64,000 nucleotides of DNA from an uncultured Bacteroidota bacterium (GCA_902790215.1 CADAQX010000021.1:3601-67600), one strand, 5' to 3'; positions 34,128 through 44,731 are shown, counted from the stretch's first letter. Notes: generated from the sequence alone by a model not told the origin. Program-made: numbers and translations.

Positions 34128-34850
34128 ATGCCCGAAATCAACGAAACAAACCGCAACCTGTTCGCCCAATACACCATAGAAGAGAAACAACGCCTCTACC
34201 AAGCCGCCACGGAACTATACAGCGAAAACAAGCGCCAACTGTTCGACCGTCTCGTGCTCAACCGCACACGCCACATCTGCGTGGTGCTCGAGGACATATT
34301 CCAATCGCACAACGCCAGCGCCGTGCTGCGCAGCTGCGACTGCTTCGGCGTGCAGGACATCCACGTGGTGGAAAACCGCAACCGGTATGCGCCGAACTCC
34401 GACGTCTCGATGGGTTCGGACAAATGGGTGGACTATTACAAACACCCCTCAATCCTGCAGACCTACGACGAACTGCGCGCCAAAGGCTACCGCATCATTG
34501 CCACCCTGCCCCACGAAAACGACACCCTCATCACCGACCTCGACATCTCTCAGCCCACAGCCCTTGTCTTCGGCACCGAGCTCACCGGCCTCACACCCGA
34601 AGCCATCGACCACGCCGACGGCTACGTCAAAGTGCCCATGTACGGCTTTACCGAAAGCTTCAACATCAGCGTATGCGCCGCGCTTTCGCTCTTCTATCTC
34701 ACCGAAAAGATGCGCGCCAACCCCGCCATAGACTGGCGGCTGACCGAAGAAGAGCAAATCACCCTCAAACTATACTGGAGCATGCAGGTGATTCACGACG
34801 GGCGACGCGTGATGGAACACATCTCCACAAACCTATTCGGCAATCGTTAG
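34128..34850 (+). CDS. SpoU/TrmH-family RNA 2'-O-methyltransferase
   Basis: VVLEDIFQSHNASAVLRSCDCFG, LVFGTELTGL and FNISVCAALSLF are SpoU motifs 1-3. Confidence 0.8.
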   Translation: MPEINETNRNLFAQYTIEEKQRLYQAATELYSENKRQLFDRLVLNRTRHICVVLEDIFQSHNASAVLRSCDCFGVQDIHVVENRNRYAPNSDVSMGSDKWVDYYKHPSILQTYDELRAKGYRIIATLPHENDTLITDLDISQPTALVFGTELTGLTPEAIDHADGYVKVPMYGFTESFNISVCAALSLFYLTEKMRANPAIDWRLTEEEQITLKLYWSMQVIHDGRRVMEHISTNLFGNR

Positions 34851-34976
34851 TCCCTCAAAACAAGCGCCCTGCAACAAGAAAAAATATTTTTATTGAAAAA
34901 ATTACAATAATAACAAAAAGATTAGTATCTTTGTAGATTGAACAAAAAACAATAACAACATTATAAAAATCTTGAT

Positions 34977-35459
34977 ATGAAAAAGATACTCCTTCTTGCC
35001 GCACTCATCATCATGAGCCAGACACTGGTTTTTGCACAAAAAGAGAAATCAATTAAAGAGGCCAACGTACCCGTTAGATTCGTCAAGGACTTCCAAGGCC
35101 AGAACCAAGACGCCAAAGACGTAAGCTGGACCGTGACCGAAGACAGCCTCTTCTACACCGCCACCTTCACCAACAGCGACGGCGACAAACAGGCCACACG
35201 CTTCTCCAACAAAGGCACCGAGAAACGCTACTTCGTCGATCCCGCCTACTACCCCCACGCCATCCTCGACACCGTGGCCAGCCAATTCCCCAAGCACAAA
35301 ATCACCACCATCTACATCCGCGACCTGAAAGGCAAAATGACCTACCAGGCACGCATCGCACGCAATAAAGGCTTCCTCTTCTGGCGGAAAGAGACCGATG
35401 TGAAAACCCTCTCGTTCGAGACCAACTGCAAGATGATTGAAGTCGTCGACGAAATCTGA
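34977..35459 (+). CDS. PepSY-like (beta-lactamase-inhibitor-like) periplasmic protein
   Basis: Signal peptide. Repeated VPxxVxxxF...W modules. A TATCTTTG box lies at 34926-34933. Confidence 0.6.
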   Translation: MKKILLLAALIIMSQTLVFAQKEKSIKEANVPVRFVKDFQGQNQDAKDVSWTVTEDSLFYTATFTNSDGDKQATRFSNKGTEKRYFVDPAYYPHAILDTVASQFPKHKITTIYIRDLKGKMTYQARIARNKGFLFWRKETDVKTLSFETNCKMIEVVDEI

Positions 35460-35530
35460 GACTAAAACCCGTCACACAAGCATAGCAGCACCCCCAAACA
35501 GGGTGCTGCATTCTTTTTAGGGGCTAGGGT

Positions 35531-35621
35531 ATTGCTTGATTGTCTGATTGCTTGATTGTCTGATTGACTGGCGCAGTCATATTACTCAAGCAATTACACA
35601 TTTAAGCATTCAAGCAATATC
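35531..35621. repeat. TTGCTTGATTG/CAATCAAGCAA word-hairpin, copy b
   Basis: attgcttgattgtctgattgcttgattg...aagcattcaagcaatatct. Near-identical arms occur at 60563-60657. Confidence 0.85.
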
Positions 35622-35670
35622 TCAGTGGCATACAATCCTGGTTCATATCTCCTACCTCTTACTTTGCTTT

Positions 35671-35900
35671 CTGCCGCCTCGCGCGGAAGTTACTCTTTAT
35701 TCTGTGAAGGATTACGCCGACTTTCCTCAACGTTCCGATAGTGTCGTATATTTGTCCCCAACGTTCCTATGTGTGCCCTCAGGGCTCGATGTTGCGCCGT
35801 TCTTTATCATATCGTTTTTCGATATGTTTCCCATCGTTTTCCCTTTGTGAAACGGAAAAAGAGTGGAAAACGATCGAATAACGATCGAATAAATGAGGCC
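35671..35900 (-). repeat. Dispersed intergenic repeat, subtype 1, copy D (3' truncated)
   Basis: The reverse complement aligns with 27790-28015 by eye. Confidence 0.85.
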
Positions 35901-36013
35901 ACGTCATGTCAAATGGCAAATAGGTATGAGACCTTAATGACCGGGGATAAAGAAAGGGACACGCGCACTGCAGTACGCATGTCCCTTATCGTTCCGGAAA
36001 GTTCCGGACTCGG

Positions 36014-37291
36014 TTACTCAATGTTGACCAAGTAGTAGTTCTTCTTGCCTTTCTGGACAAGGATGCTGCCACAAGAGAGGATGTCGGCAGCCGTGAGACG
36101 GCAGTCTTCACCCACCTTGGCTTTGTTGACCGAGATGGAGTTCTGCTTCAGCTCGCGGCGTATCTCGCCTTTGGAGGCGAACATGCCGGTTTCGGCGGCG
36201 AGGTCTATCAATGACACGCCTTCATCGATACGAGCACGCGGCACCGTGAACTGAGGCACCCCCTCGAAGACGGAAAGCATCGTGGCCCGGTCGAGGCTGT
36301 TCAGTTGCTCGGTAGTACCCTTGCCAAAGAGCAGTTCGGAGGCAGCCACAGCCGACTCATAATCGGCCACGCTGTGCACACGGCAGGTGATGTCCTTGGC
36401 CAAGGCTTTCTGCAGGATGCGCTGCTCGGGGGCAACGTCGTGCTGCTGCTGGAGTGCCTCGATTTCCTCCTTGCTGAGGAGGGTGAAGATGCGGATGTAG
36501 CGGGACGCATCGACATCGGAGCAGTTCAGCCAGAATTGGTAGAACTTGTAGGGGCTGGTCTTGGCGGGGTCAAGCCACACATTGCCGCCCTCGGTCTTGC
36601 CGAACTTGGTGCCGTCGGCCTTGGTGATAAGGGGGCAGGTGAGGGCGTAAGCCTCGCCGCCCTCCATGCGGCGGATGAGTTCGGTGCCGGTGGTGATGTT
36701 GCCCCACTGGTCGCTGCCACCCATCTGCAGGCGGCAGCCTTTGGTGCGGTAGAGCACCAGGTAGTCATAGCCCTGGAGCAGCTGGTAGCTGAATTCGGTG
36801 AAAGAGAGTCCTGTCTCAAGGCGTTTCTTGACCGAGTCCTTGGTCATCATGTAGTTGACAGTGATGTGCTTGCCCACGTCGCGGATAAAGTCGAGGAAGA
36901 GATAGTCTTTCATCCATTCGTAGTTGTTGCATATCTCGGCACCGTTCACGGGGTTGTCGAAGTCGAGGAATTTGCCGAGTTGCTGACGGATGCAGTCGAC
37001 GTTGTGCTGCACTTCCTCCACGGTGAGGAGTTTGCGCTCGGCGGCCTTGAACGAGGGGTCGCCAATCATTCCGGTGGCTCCACCTACAACGGCGAGGGGC
37101 TTGTGGCCGGCCATCTGCAGGTGCTTGAGGAGCATAATGCTGACGAGGTGTCCGATGTGGAGCGAGTCGGCGGTGGGGTCGATGCCCACATAGGCGGTAG
37201 TTACTTCTTTGTTGAGCTGTTCTTCTGTGCCGGGCATGATGTCGTGGATCATGCCGCGCCACTGGAGTTCTTGGACAAGGTTTGTTTGCAT
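36014..37291 (-). CDS. tyrS: Tyrosine--tRNA ligase
   Basis: HIGH motif (SLHIGHLV), KFGKT (KMSKS-type) and a C-terminal S4 domain. Confidence 0.95.
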   Translation of the reverse strand: MQTNLVQELQWRGMIHDIMPGTEEQLNKEVTTAYVGIDPTADSLHIGHLVSIMLLKHLQMAGHKPLAVVGGATGMIGDPSFKAAERKLLTVEEVQHNVDCIRQQLGKFLDFDNPVNGAEICNNYEWMKDYLFLDFIRDVGKHITVNYMMTKDSVKKRLETGLSFTEFSYQLLQGYDYLVLYRTKGCRLQMGGSDQWGNITTGTELIRRMEGGEAYALTCPLITKADGTKFGKTEGGNVWLDPAKTSPYKFYQFWLNCSDVDASRYIRIFTLLSKEEIEALQQQHDVAPEQRILQKALAKDITCRVHSVADYESAVAASELLFGKGTTEQLNSLDRATMLSVFEGVPQFTVPRARIDEGVSLIDLAAETGMFASKGEIRRELKQNSISVNKAKVGEDCRLTAADILSCGSILVQKGKKNYYLVNIE

Positions 37292-37318
37292 TGAATAATA
37301 ATATTGAATGAAGTATAT

Positions 37319-37357
37319 AAAAAAGAGGTACTGAGTGGATGCCAGTACCTCTTTTAA
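37319..37357. terminator. Bidirectional hairpin terminator
   Basis: Stem agaggtactg/cagtacctct flanked by an A-run on one side and a T-run on the other. It lies after the minus-strand gene 37371..40442. Confidence 0.7.
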
Positions 37358-37370
37358 TATCTAATCGGTT

Positions 37371-40300
37371 TTATCTTACAATTAATTTAGAGGTGGCTCT
37401 CTGGCTTCCGACCACTACATTGACAAGATACATGCCGTGAGGCAGTGCCTGGCAGTCGACGGTGCGGGTGTGGACACCCTCGGTGAGGTTGCCAAGGCTC
37501 TCGCTATAGACCATCTTGCCGGTGAGGTCGTAGATGCGCATGGTGGCTTTGCCAGCCTTGCCGACGGTGATCTCCATAGTGGAGCGGTCGATGGCGGGGT
37601 TGGGATAGAAGCGCACGCTGTTGTTGCCGACAGAGGCAACCGAAGGAACATCGAGATAGATTTCGGGAGGAACAATCTCGTTGGTGTGGTCGACAACATA
37701 GGTGCTGTCCATGAAGATACCACGGCCATAGGTGCCGAAATACATGGCTTTGCTCCACTTGGTGCGGGGATAGACATAAAGGACCTCGGTGACACCGTCG
37801 TGGCCAACATACTGGATGAAGGGGTTGTCGTTGGTGACCTGGTACATGGAAGTCACGGGAACACCACGGAAATCGCCATACTCGTTCCAGCTGCCGCTGT
37901 TGACGCTGTTGCTCTTGAAGACGCCGTCCTCGGTGCCGACATACACTTCACCAGTGGTGTATTCAATCATTGCACTGTATGTGGGGATGGAGGTATTGGG
38001 CAGGGGAATGGGTCTGATTGAATAGTTGTCAGCAGAGGCGTGGTCAATGTAGACGACGTTGGCGCCAGTGGCATCATAACCGTCGAAGGTCAGAATAACA
38101 CCATCGTGGCCGGGACGCGGGTCAACATTGATTGAGGAGATGCGACGGCTGAAATAGTAACTGTCGCTGGTCACCATTACGGTATCGATAGTGGTTACGC
38201 GGTTACGCACCAAGTAGTCGCAAGCGGAACGGATTGAAGTAAGGTTCTGATTGTAGTTGATGCTGTTTAATCCGTGTACACGAACCAGGAATGACTGTTT
38301 CAGGGTGTCGTTCTCCACAACGATGAAGGCGCAGTCGCCATCCTGCGACATGGCGCAGAGACGGACATAATAATTGGGATTGATCGAGCGGCTGATGCCA
38401 TATATATGGCTCCAGAAACGGTTGTCGCCATCAAAGACCTTACGGAAATCGGTGGGGCACCAGCAGTAGGTTACATTCGTGTTCTGGGGTTTTTCGTTCT
38501 CAACGGTGACTGCCAGCAAACGGCTCAGATAAGGAGTGGGGATGGTGTGGCGGAGTTCGTTGCGGACGGTGAAGCCGTGGTCGAAGCGGTGATAGAAAGG
38601 ATAAGCGGCATGGGCAGGATCGAGAACCAGAATGGAGTCGCCAGCCCTGATCTGGAAGTTCTGGGAAAGGTCGTGACGAGTACCGTTGCGGAGGATGTAG
38701 CTGAGGGTATCAATGGTGAATGTGATGCTGTCGTTGGAGGCAGTGTTGTGATCGGTTTCCCACAGGTAGATTTGGCCGATGGCGGGGCCGCCGGCAACGA
38801 TGTCGGTCGTGAAATCAACATCGCTGGTCCAGGTCTGGGTATTGGTATAGTTGGAGAAGTCGGCATAGCTGCGGCCAATAGAGCCATTGGCAGAAGAGAC
38901 GAAGATGGTTCTGCGGGAGAGGGGAAGATATTGGTTGAAGCGCGAAGTGGCCACTGAACCGCCATTGCCCTTCCAGATAATGTTGGCCATGTGGTTGAGG
39001 TTCGAACCGCTGGCATCATACCAAGTGCTGTCGTTGACACCGCCGTCGTGTTCAACACGAGCCTCGATGAAGGGGCAGGCGTTGTTGTTGGCACCGCTGA
39101 TGATAGAACCATCGGGGCAGACAGCAAGACCGTTGATCTGGACATTGTTCAAACCACGGTTGTGGTTGGTGAAGAAGTATGTGGAGCCAAAGCCGCTACC
39201 GACATATATACCGCCGTCAGTTGCGATGAAAAGATTCTCAATCATACCGACCTCATCATCCCATTCAGGGATTGTGAGAATCTGATGCATTCCGGAATGT
39301 ACAAACTGAATGTTGGAATAGACCATCGACATATAGTCGCCGGCATTCAACTGGTTTTCGTTTGAAGAGGAAACCGTCCACTGATAAGGAGCGTTTTCGA
39401 CATAGCCCTTGCCCATCCAAAGGTTGGCGCCACCGATATACACCTTGGTGGGGTCGATGGAGCTAACGGTGAGGGAGCCGCAAGTTTTTGCGGTGGCAGC
39501 ACTGGTAAACGGAGTGACAGTGCTGGTGGAGAGGAGCTGCCAGCTGTTGGTATTGCGGGTCAGATAAAGGCCGGTCATCAAACCGTTGGCATCGCAAGCC
39601 ATGGCATACATGTAGCTCTCGTCGCTGGGAGCCAAAGCCAACTCAATGCTGGCGGCCTTGTTGCCAAAAGCCGTGCAGCTACTCGTGATTTCAACAATTG
39701 CAGAAGCATTGATAACGTCACTGATTTTATAAACATTGCCTTTGCTGGTGAAGAAAGCACGGTTATACTGCTTGGAGGCAACAACACTGTGAACATCGCC
39801 TTCAAAGATTTTGGCGGGAGTATTGTTCCAGTCGGAAGCCTGATTGATTACCCAGCGGAAAAGGCCTTTAGGAGTGGCGACGAAGACATAGGTGACACCC
39901 TGCAGCTTCATCATCGACATCGAGTTCACTGAAGCGAAGTCGGCTTCAAGGTCGTAACCCGGATTGGTTTTGGTGAGACGGGTGAAGCGAGTGGCAGGAT
40001 TGTTGTCGTTGCAGTTGAAAAGGAACATGCCTCTTCCCAACGCGGCCATTTTGTTCAGCTTGCTGCCCTTGGCGTAATAGCTCTCGCCAGTACCAATCAG
40101 GATTGTGCTGTCACTGACCTGGATCATGCAGCTGATGGGCAACGTGAGTTCCTTACCGTCGACATAGCAGGGCACATAATTCCAAACCCCGTTCACGCCT
40201 TCGGATTCGGTTGCTAACAGACTTTTGACTGAATACAAACCACCCGACGCAGCACCGGCATAATACATTCTTGTATCATTTTTCTGCATCGCCACCATAG

Positions 40301-40442
40301 TGGTGACTCTACCGCCAATGTTATCGGGTCCGATTTCGACCAGTTTGTTGTTTTGGAAATTCGCTTTTTGAGCAGTAACTGTACCCGCAAAACAGACACA
40401 GAAACCTGCAATCAAGCCGAGAAGTACTTTTCTACTTTTCAT
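37371..40442 (-). CDS. T9SS-secreted large beta-propeller-like protein, unknown function
   Basis: Signal peptide. The C-terminal VRFYPNPAIDRSTMEITV...GMYLVNVVVGSQRATSKLIVR is a T9SS CTD. A TATCTTTG box lies at 40496-40503 (minus strand). Confidence 0.75.
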   Translation of the reverse strand: MKSRKVLLGLIAGFCVCFAGTVTAQKANFQNNKLVEIGPDNIGGRVTTMVAMQKNDTRMYYAGAASGGLYSVKSLLATESEGVNGVWNYVPCYVDGKELTLPISCMIQVSDSTILIGTGESYYAKGSKLNKMAALGRGMFLFNCNDNNPATRFTRLTKTNPGYDLEADFASVNSMSMMKLQGVTYVFVATPKGLFRWVINQASDWNNTPAKIFEGDVHSVVASKQYNRAFFTSKGNVYKISDVINASAIVEITSSCTAFGNKAASIELALAPSDESYMYAMACDANGLMTGLYLTRNTNSWQLLSTSTVTPFTSAATAKTCGSLTVSSIDPTKVYIGGANLWMGKGYVENAPYQWTVSSSNENQLNAGDYMSMVYSNIQFVHSGMHQILTIPEWDDEVGMIENLFIATDGGIYVGSGFGSTYFFTNHNRGLNNVQINGLAVCPDGSIISGANNNACPFIEARVEHDGGVNDSTWYDASGSNLNHMANIIWKGNGGSVATSRFNQYLPLSRRTIFVSSANGSIGRSYADFSNYTNTQTWTSDVDFTTDIVAGGPAIGQIYLWETDHNTASNDSITFTIDTLSYILRNGTRHDLSQNFQIRAGDSILVLDPAHAAYPFYHRFDHGFTVRNELRHTIPTPYLSRLLAVTVENEKPQNTNVTYCWCPTDFRKVFDGDNRFWSHIYGISRSINPNYYVRLCAMSQDGDCAFIVVENDTLKQSFLVRVHGLNSINYNQNLTSIRSACDYLVRNRVTTIDTVMVTSDSYYFSRRISSINVDPRPGHDGVILTFDGYDATGANVVYIDHASADNYSIRPIPLPNTSIPTYSAMIEYTTGEVYVGTEDGVFKSNSVNSGSWNEYGDFRGVPVTSMYQVTNDNPFIQYVGHDGVTEVLYVYPRTKWSKAMYFGTYGRGIFMDSTYVVDHTNEIVPPEIYLDVPSVASVGNNSVRFYPNPAIDRSTMEITVGKAGKATMRIYDLTGKMVYSESLGNLTEGVHTRTVDCQALPHGMYLVNVVVGSQRATSKLIVR

Positions 40443-40666
40443 AAGATATTAATATTTAATTAGATATTTAATTTTCCAAAATATGTTTTAATTAGCAAAG
40501 ATACATTTTTTTTCAATAATAATAAGCTTTTCGTGCTAAAAAAACAAAAAAAGTGAACTTTTGGCAATAAAAAAAATGCGGTGGCGTTATCAAACCGAAA
40601 AATGAAGCCGCCATTCCCGTCGCTTCGGAACACGGCACACATAAAGACTGAAACATTTTATATAAT

Positions 40667-41662
40667 ATGGAAGATTTTGTCAATATCCAAGAACTGAATG
40701 AACGCATCTCGCGGGAAAGTGCCTTCGTGGATGCGCTCACCATCGAACTGCGCAAAAACATCGTAGGCCAGAAACACATGATCGAGAGCCTGATGATAGG
40801 CCTGCTCAGCAACGGGCACATACTCCTTGAGGGTGTACCCGGACTTGCAAAAACCCTCACCATCACTTCGCTGGCCAACGCCATCGACGCCAAGTTCAGC
40901 CGTATCCAGTTCACCCCCGACCTGTTGCCCGCCGACCTCCTCGGCACCATGATTTACAGCCAGAAGACAGAGTCCTTCAACGTGAAGAAGGGCCCCATCT
41001 TCTCCCACTTCATCCTGGCCGACGAAATCAACCGTGCCCCTGCCAAAGTGCAGAGCGCGCTGCTCGAAGCCATGCAGGAGCGCCAGGTGACTATCGGCGA
41101 AACCACTTACCGCCTTGACGAGCCTTTCCTTGTCATGGCCACACAGAATCCCATCGAGCAGGAAGGCACCTATCCCCTGCCCGAGGCTCAGGTTGACCGT
41201 TTCATGCTCAAAGTGGTCATCACCTACCCGCAAAAGGAGGAAGAACGGCTTATCCTGCACCAGCAGATGACCGGCGCCACTGCCAAGCAGCACCCTATCC
41301 TCACCCCCGCCGACATCATCAAGGCACGTGACCTGGTGCGCGAAGTCTACATGGACGAGAAAATCGAGAACTACATCACCGACATTGTCTTCGCCACCCG
41401 CTTCCCCGAACAATACCAGCTTTCGAAGCTCAAAGGGCTCATCAGCTACGGTGCCTCGCCGCGTGGCAGCATCAACCTTGCCCTTGCCTCCAAAGCCTAT
41501 GCCTTTATGCGCCGCCGCGGATATGTCATCCCGGAAGACGTCCGCGCCATCGCCATGGATGTGCTGCGCCACCGTGTCGGCCTCACCTACGAAGCCGAGG
41601 CCGAGAACGTCACCAGCGAGGAGATTGTCAACGAAATCCTCAACCGCGTCGACGTACCCTAA
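40667..41662 (+). CDS. MoxR-family AAA+ ATPase
   Basis: GQKHMIESLMIGLLSNGHILLEGVPGLAKT and ILADEINRAPAKVQSALLEAMQE motifs. Confidence 0.9.
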   Translation: MEDFVNIQELNERISRESAFVDALTIELRKNIVGQKHMIESLMIGLLSNGHILLEGVPGLAKTLTITSLANAIDAKFSRIQFTPDLLPADLLGTMIYSQKTESFNVKKGPIFSHFILADEINRAPAKVQSALLEAMQERQVTIGETTYRLDEPFLVMATQNPIEQEGTYPLPEAQVDRFMLKVVITYPQKEEERLILHQQMTGATAKQHPILTPADIIKARDLVREVYMDEKIENYITDIVFATRFPEQYQLSKLKGLISYGASPRGSINLALASKAYAFMRRRGYVIPEDVRAIAMDVLRHRVGLTYEAEAENVTSEEIVNEILNRVDVP

Positions 41663-41858
41663 TCCTCGCCCCACGGAAGGCGTTACGCCGTTCCTTGCTC
41701 TACACGACGCCACCCCATACGCTTTTCTCCCACCTTTCGAGAGGATAGCACAGGGAGTGGGAAAAGCGAAGGAACGGTTCAGCAATGCCGGATGAACGAC
41801 GACAGAAAGCGGCGTGCTCCGGCCAACACCAAACGAAAACCGTCCGAAACACAACAGA

Positions 41859-42734
41859 ATGGAAGAACAAAACAACGACATACTGAAAAAAGTCCGCAAA
41901 ATCGAGATTAAAGCACGCGGCCTTTCCCGACAACTGTTCTCGGGCGAATACCACAGCGCCTTCAAGGGGCGCGGCATGGCCTTCAGCGAGGTACGCGAAT
42001 ACCAGTACGGCGACGATATCAGGAGCATTGACTGGAACGTTACGGCGCGTCTTCACCACCCTTACGTCAAGGTGTTTGAAGAGGAGCGCGAGCTGACCGT
42101 CATGCTGCTGGTGGACGTGAGCGGCTCCAACCGCTTCGGCACCCATCACCAGTTCAAAGAAGAACTCGTGGCCGAGGTGGCCGCCACACTGGCGTTCAGT
42201 GCCATCCAGAACAACGACAAGGTGGGCATGATTATGTTCAGCGACAAGATTGAAAAGTTCATCCCACCCAAGAAAGGCAGCAGCCACATCCTGCGCATTA
42301 TCCGCGAACTTATCACTTTCCGACCCGCCAGCAATGGCACTGACCTGGCCGAGGCACTCCACTATTTCTCCAATGTTATCAAGAAACGCTGCACAGCATT
42401 CCTGCTGAGCGACTTCTACGACGACGGCTACACCGACGCCCTGAAAATCGCTTCCGGCAAACACGACTTGGTAGCCATCCGCATAGCAGACGAGAAGGAG
42501 GTGCACCTGCCCGACCTCGGGCTGGCCAAGTTCTACGACCCCGAGACCGGAGAAACCATCCTCATCGACACAGCCGACAGCACCATACGCCGCGACTTCG
42601 CCAACCGCTATGCCGCCCACGTGACCCGCGTGGACGAATCGCTGCGCAAATACGGCATCGACCAGACTGTTCTGTACACCGGCGAGGACTATGTGAAAGA
42701 GTTGAAGAAAATGTTTGAACGGCGGGGAAGATAG
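41859..42734 (+). CDS. DUF58 domain protein (MoxR partner)
   Basis: GEYHSAFKGRGMAFSEVREYQYGDDIRSIDWNVTAR signature. Start chosen at MEEQNN. Confidence 0.85.
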   Translation: MEEQNNDILKKVRKIEIKARGLSRQLFSGEYHSAFKGRGMAFSEVREYQYGDDIRSIDWNVTARLHHPYVKVFEEERELTVMLLVDVSGSNRFGTHHQFKEELVAEVAATLAFSAIQNNDKVGMIMFSDKIEKFIPPKKGSSHILRIIRELITFRPASNGTDLAEALHYFSNVIKKRCTAFLLSDFYDDGYTDALKIASGKHDLVAIRIADEKEVHLPDLGLAKFYDPETGETILIDTADSTIRRDFANRYAAHVTRVDESLRKYGIDQTVLYTGEDYVKELKKMFERRGR

Positions 42735-42760
42735 GCGCTGTCCGCACTCCCCTGCCGGTT

Positions 42761-43678
42761 ATGAGATTTGAAAAGATGAAAAAGATATTCATACTATTAA
42801 TCATCCTGTTGCCTCTGGGCGCCAAGGTCTTCGCCCAGGACAGCCTGCCCACGGTGCCGCACTACAGCTTCCGTCTCGACAGCACAACCATCATGCTGGG
42901 CGACCAGACTGTTCTGGCAGTCGAAAAGGGACCGGTGTATCCCTCCCTCGACGACCTGACCAACCACGACGTGGTGGCCGTAAGGCAATGGATGGACACG
43001 GCTGACGGCACCCTGTACACCGCTCTCACCAGCTTTGAAGAGGGCGAGCACTGGCTGCATATCGGTGCCGACTCGGTGCTGCTGACCGTAAACGATGTGC
43101 CGGGCGTGGACACCACCTCGACCAACATCCGCGACATAGCCGGAATCATGAGCCAGCCCTACACCTTCGGCGAGATAGCCCGGGTGGTGTTGTTCGTGTG
43201 GCTGTTCTGGGCTGTGGTGGCCGCCGCCATACTCATCTATCTGCGCATCAAACGCCGCAAGCCCCTCATCAGTCTCCCGCAGGCTCCTCCCCTGCCGCCC
43301 GACACCCGCGCGCTGCAACGGCTCGAAGAGCTCAGACAGCAACAGTTGTGGCAGCAGGGCAAAGTGAAAGAGTATTATACCGAGCTGACCGACACGGTGC
43401 GTGTGTATCTCGAAGAGGCCTGCGGCATCCAATCGACCGAGATGACCACTGACCAGACCCTCGACGCTTTCCACTCCAGCCCCGCATCGGGCAGCGAAAC
43501 CGAGGCAAGCCTGCGGCAGATTCTGCAGGCCGCCGACATGGTCAAGTTTGCCAAGTCGCAGCCCCAGCCCTACCAGCACGACCTTGCCCTCGGCCAAGCC
43601 ATCGACTTCATCAAAACCACATGGGTAGCTCTGAACCCGAAAACTGATAACCCCGACACAGAAAACACTGCATCATGA
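42761..43678 (+). CDS. Bat-operon membrane protein (DUF4381-like C-terminal half)
   Basis: Signal or TM segment, a central TM helix, then a helical region rich in L, Q and E. The stop overlaps the batA ATG (ATGA). Confidence 0.7.
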   Translation: MRFEKMKKIFILLIILLPLGAKVFAQDSLPTVPHYSFRLDSTTIMLGDQTVLAVEKGPVYPSLDDLTNHDVVAVRQWMDTADGTLYTALTSFEEGEHWLHIGADSVLLTVNDVPGVDTTSTNIRDIAGIMSQPYTFGEIARVVLFVWLFWAVVAAAILIYLRIKRRKPLISLPQAPPLPPDTRALQRLEELRQQQLWQQGKVKEYYTELTDTVRVYLEEACGIQSTEMTTDQTLDAFHSSPASGSETEASLRQILQAADMVKFAKSQPQPYQHDLALGQAIDFIKTTWVALNPKTDNPDTENTAS

Positions 43679-44673
43679 ACCATATCACCTTTGCCCACCC
43701 ATATCTGCTACTGCTGTTGCTTGTAATCCCGTTGATGGCGGTGTGGTATGTGCTGCGCTACCGCAAACAGAAACCCGCCCTGCAGTTCTCCAACATCAGC
43801 CTGTTCCGAGGCGTGCACAAGACCTTTCGCCAGCGCGCCTACCCTCTGCTTTTCATCCTGCGCATGGTGGCAGTGGGAGCCCTCGTCATTGCTCTCGCAC
43901 GTCCACAGAGTATGCTCAGCCGACAGGAGATGAAAGTGGAAGGCATAGACATTGTCCTTGCCATGGACGTGAGCGGCAGTATGCTGGCCGAGGACTTCAA
44001 GCCCAACCGGTTGGAAGCAGCCAAGAAAGTGGCCGCTGAATTTATCGACGGGCGCAAGAACGACCGCATGGGACTGGTGGTCTTTGCGGGCGAAGCCTTC
44101 ACCCAAGTGCCACTTACCATCGACCACAACGTACTGCTCAAGCAACTCTCCACCCTCAAAGACGGAATGATGAAAGACGGTACCGCCCTCGGCGACGGCC
44201 TTGCCACGGCCATCAACCGCATCAAGGACAGCGAGGCCAAGAGCAAAGTCATCATCCTCCTCACCGACGGCATCAACAACCAAGGAGCCGTCGACCCGCA
44301 GAGCGCCGCAGAGATTGCCGCCCTCTACAACATACGGCTCTACACCATCGGTGTGGGCACTCAAGGACTTGCACCCTATCCTTTCCGCGACCAGTTTGGC
44401 CGCAAGCGCTACCAGAACGTCCCCGTGGAACTGGACGAGAACCTCCTTACCCAAATGGCCCAATCCACGACCGACGGTCAATACTTCCGCGCCACAAACA
44501 AAAAGTCGCTCCAGCAAATCTTCAAGCAGATTGACGAGATGGAAAAGAGCAAAATCGATGTCACACGCTATGCCCAGACCAAGGACGAATACCAAGGATG
44601 GCTCGTCCTGGCAGCCATCGCTCTGCTGCTTGAGATACTCCTCGCCCTGTTCTATTTCCGCAGCACTCCTTGA
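43675..44673 (+). CDS. batA: VWA-domain protein BatA
   Basis: N-terminal TM helices, a VWA MIDAS motif (DVSGSM) and a C-terminal TM helix. Confidence 0.85.
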   Translation: MNHITFAHPYLLLLLLVIPLMAVWYVLRYRKQKPALQFSNISLFRGVHKTFRQRAYPLLFILRMVAVGALVIALARPQSMLSRQEMKVEGIDIVLAMDVSGSMLAEDFKPNRLEAAKKVAAEFIDGRKNDRMGLVVFAGEAFTQVPLTIDHNVLLKQLSTLKDGMMKDGTALGDGLATAINRIKDSEAKSKVIILLTDGINNQGAVDPQSAAEIAALYNIRLYTIGVGTQGLAPYPFRDQFGRKRYQNVPVELDENLLTQMAQSTTDGQYFRATNKKSLQQIFKQIDEMEKSKIDVTRYAQTKDEYQGWLVLAAIALLLEILLALFYFRSTP

Positions 44674-44731
44674 ATAAAACGAAATTAAAATTGAAAACAA
44701 TAGTTTTTAGCTTTTAGTTTTTACTATACAA

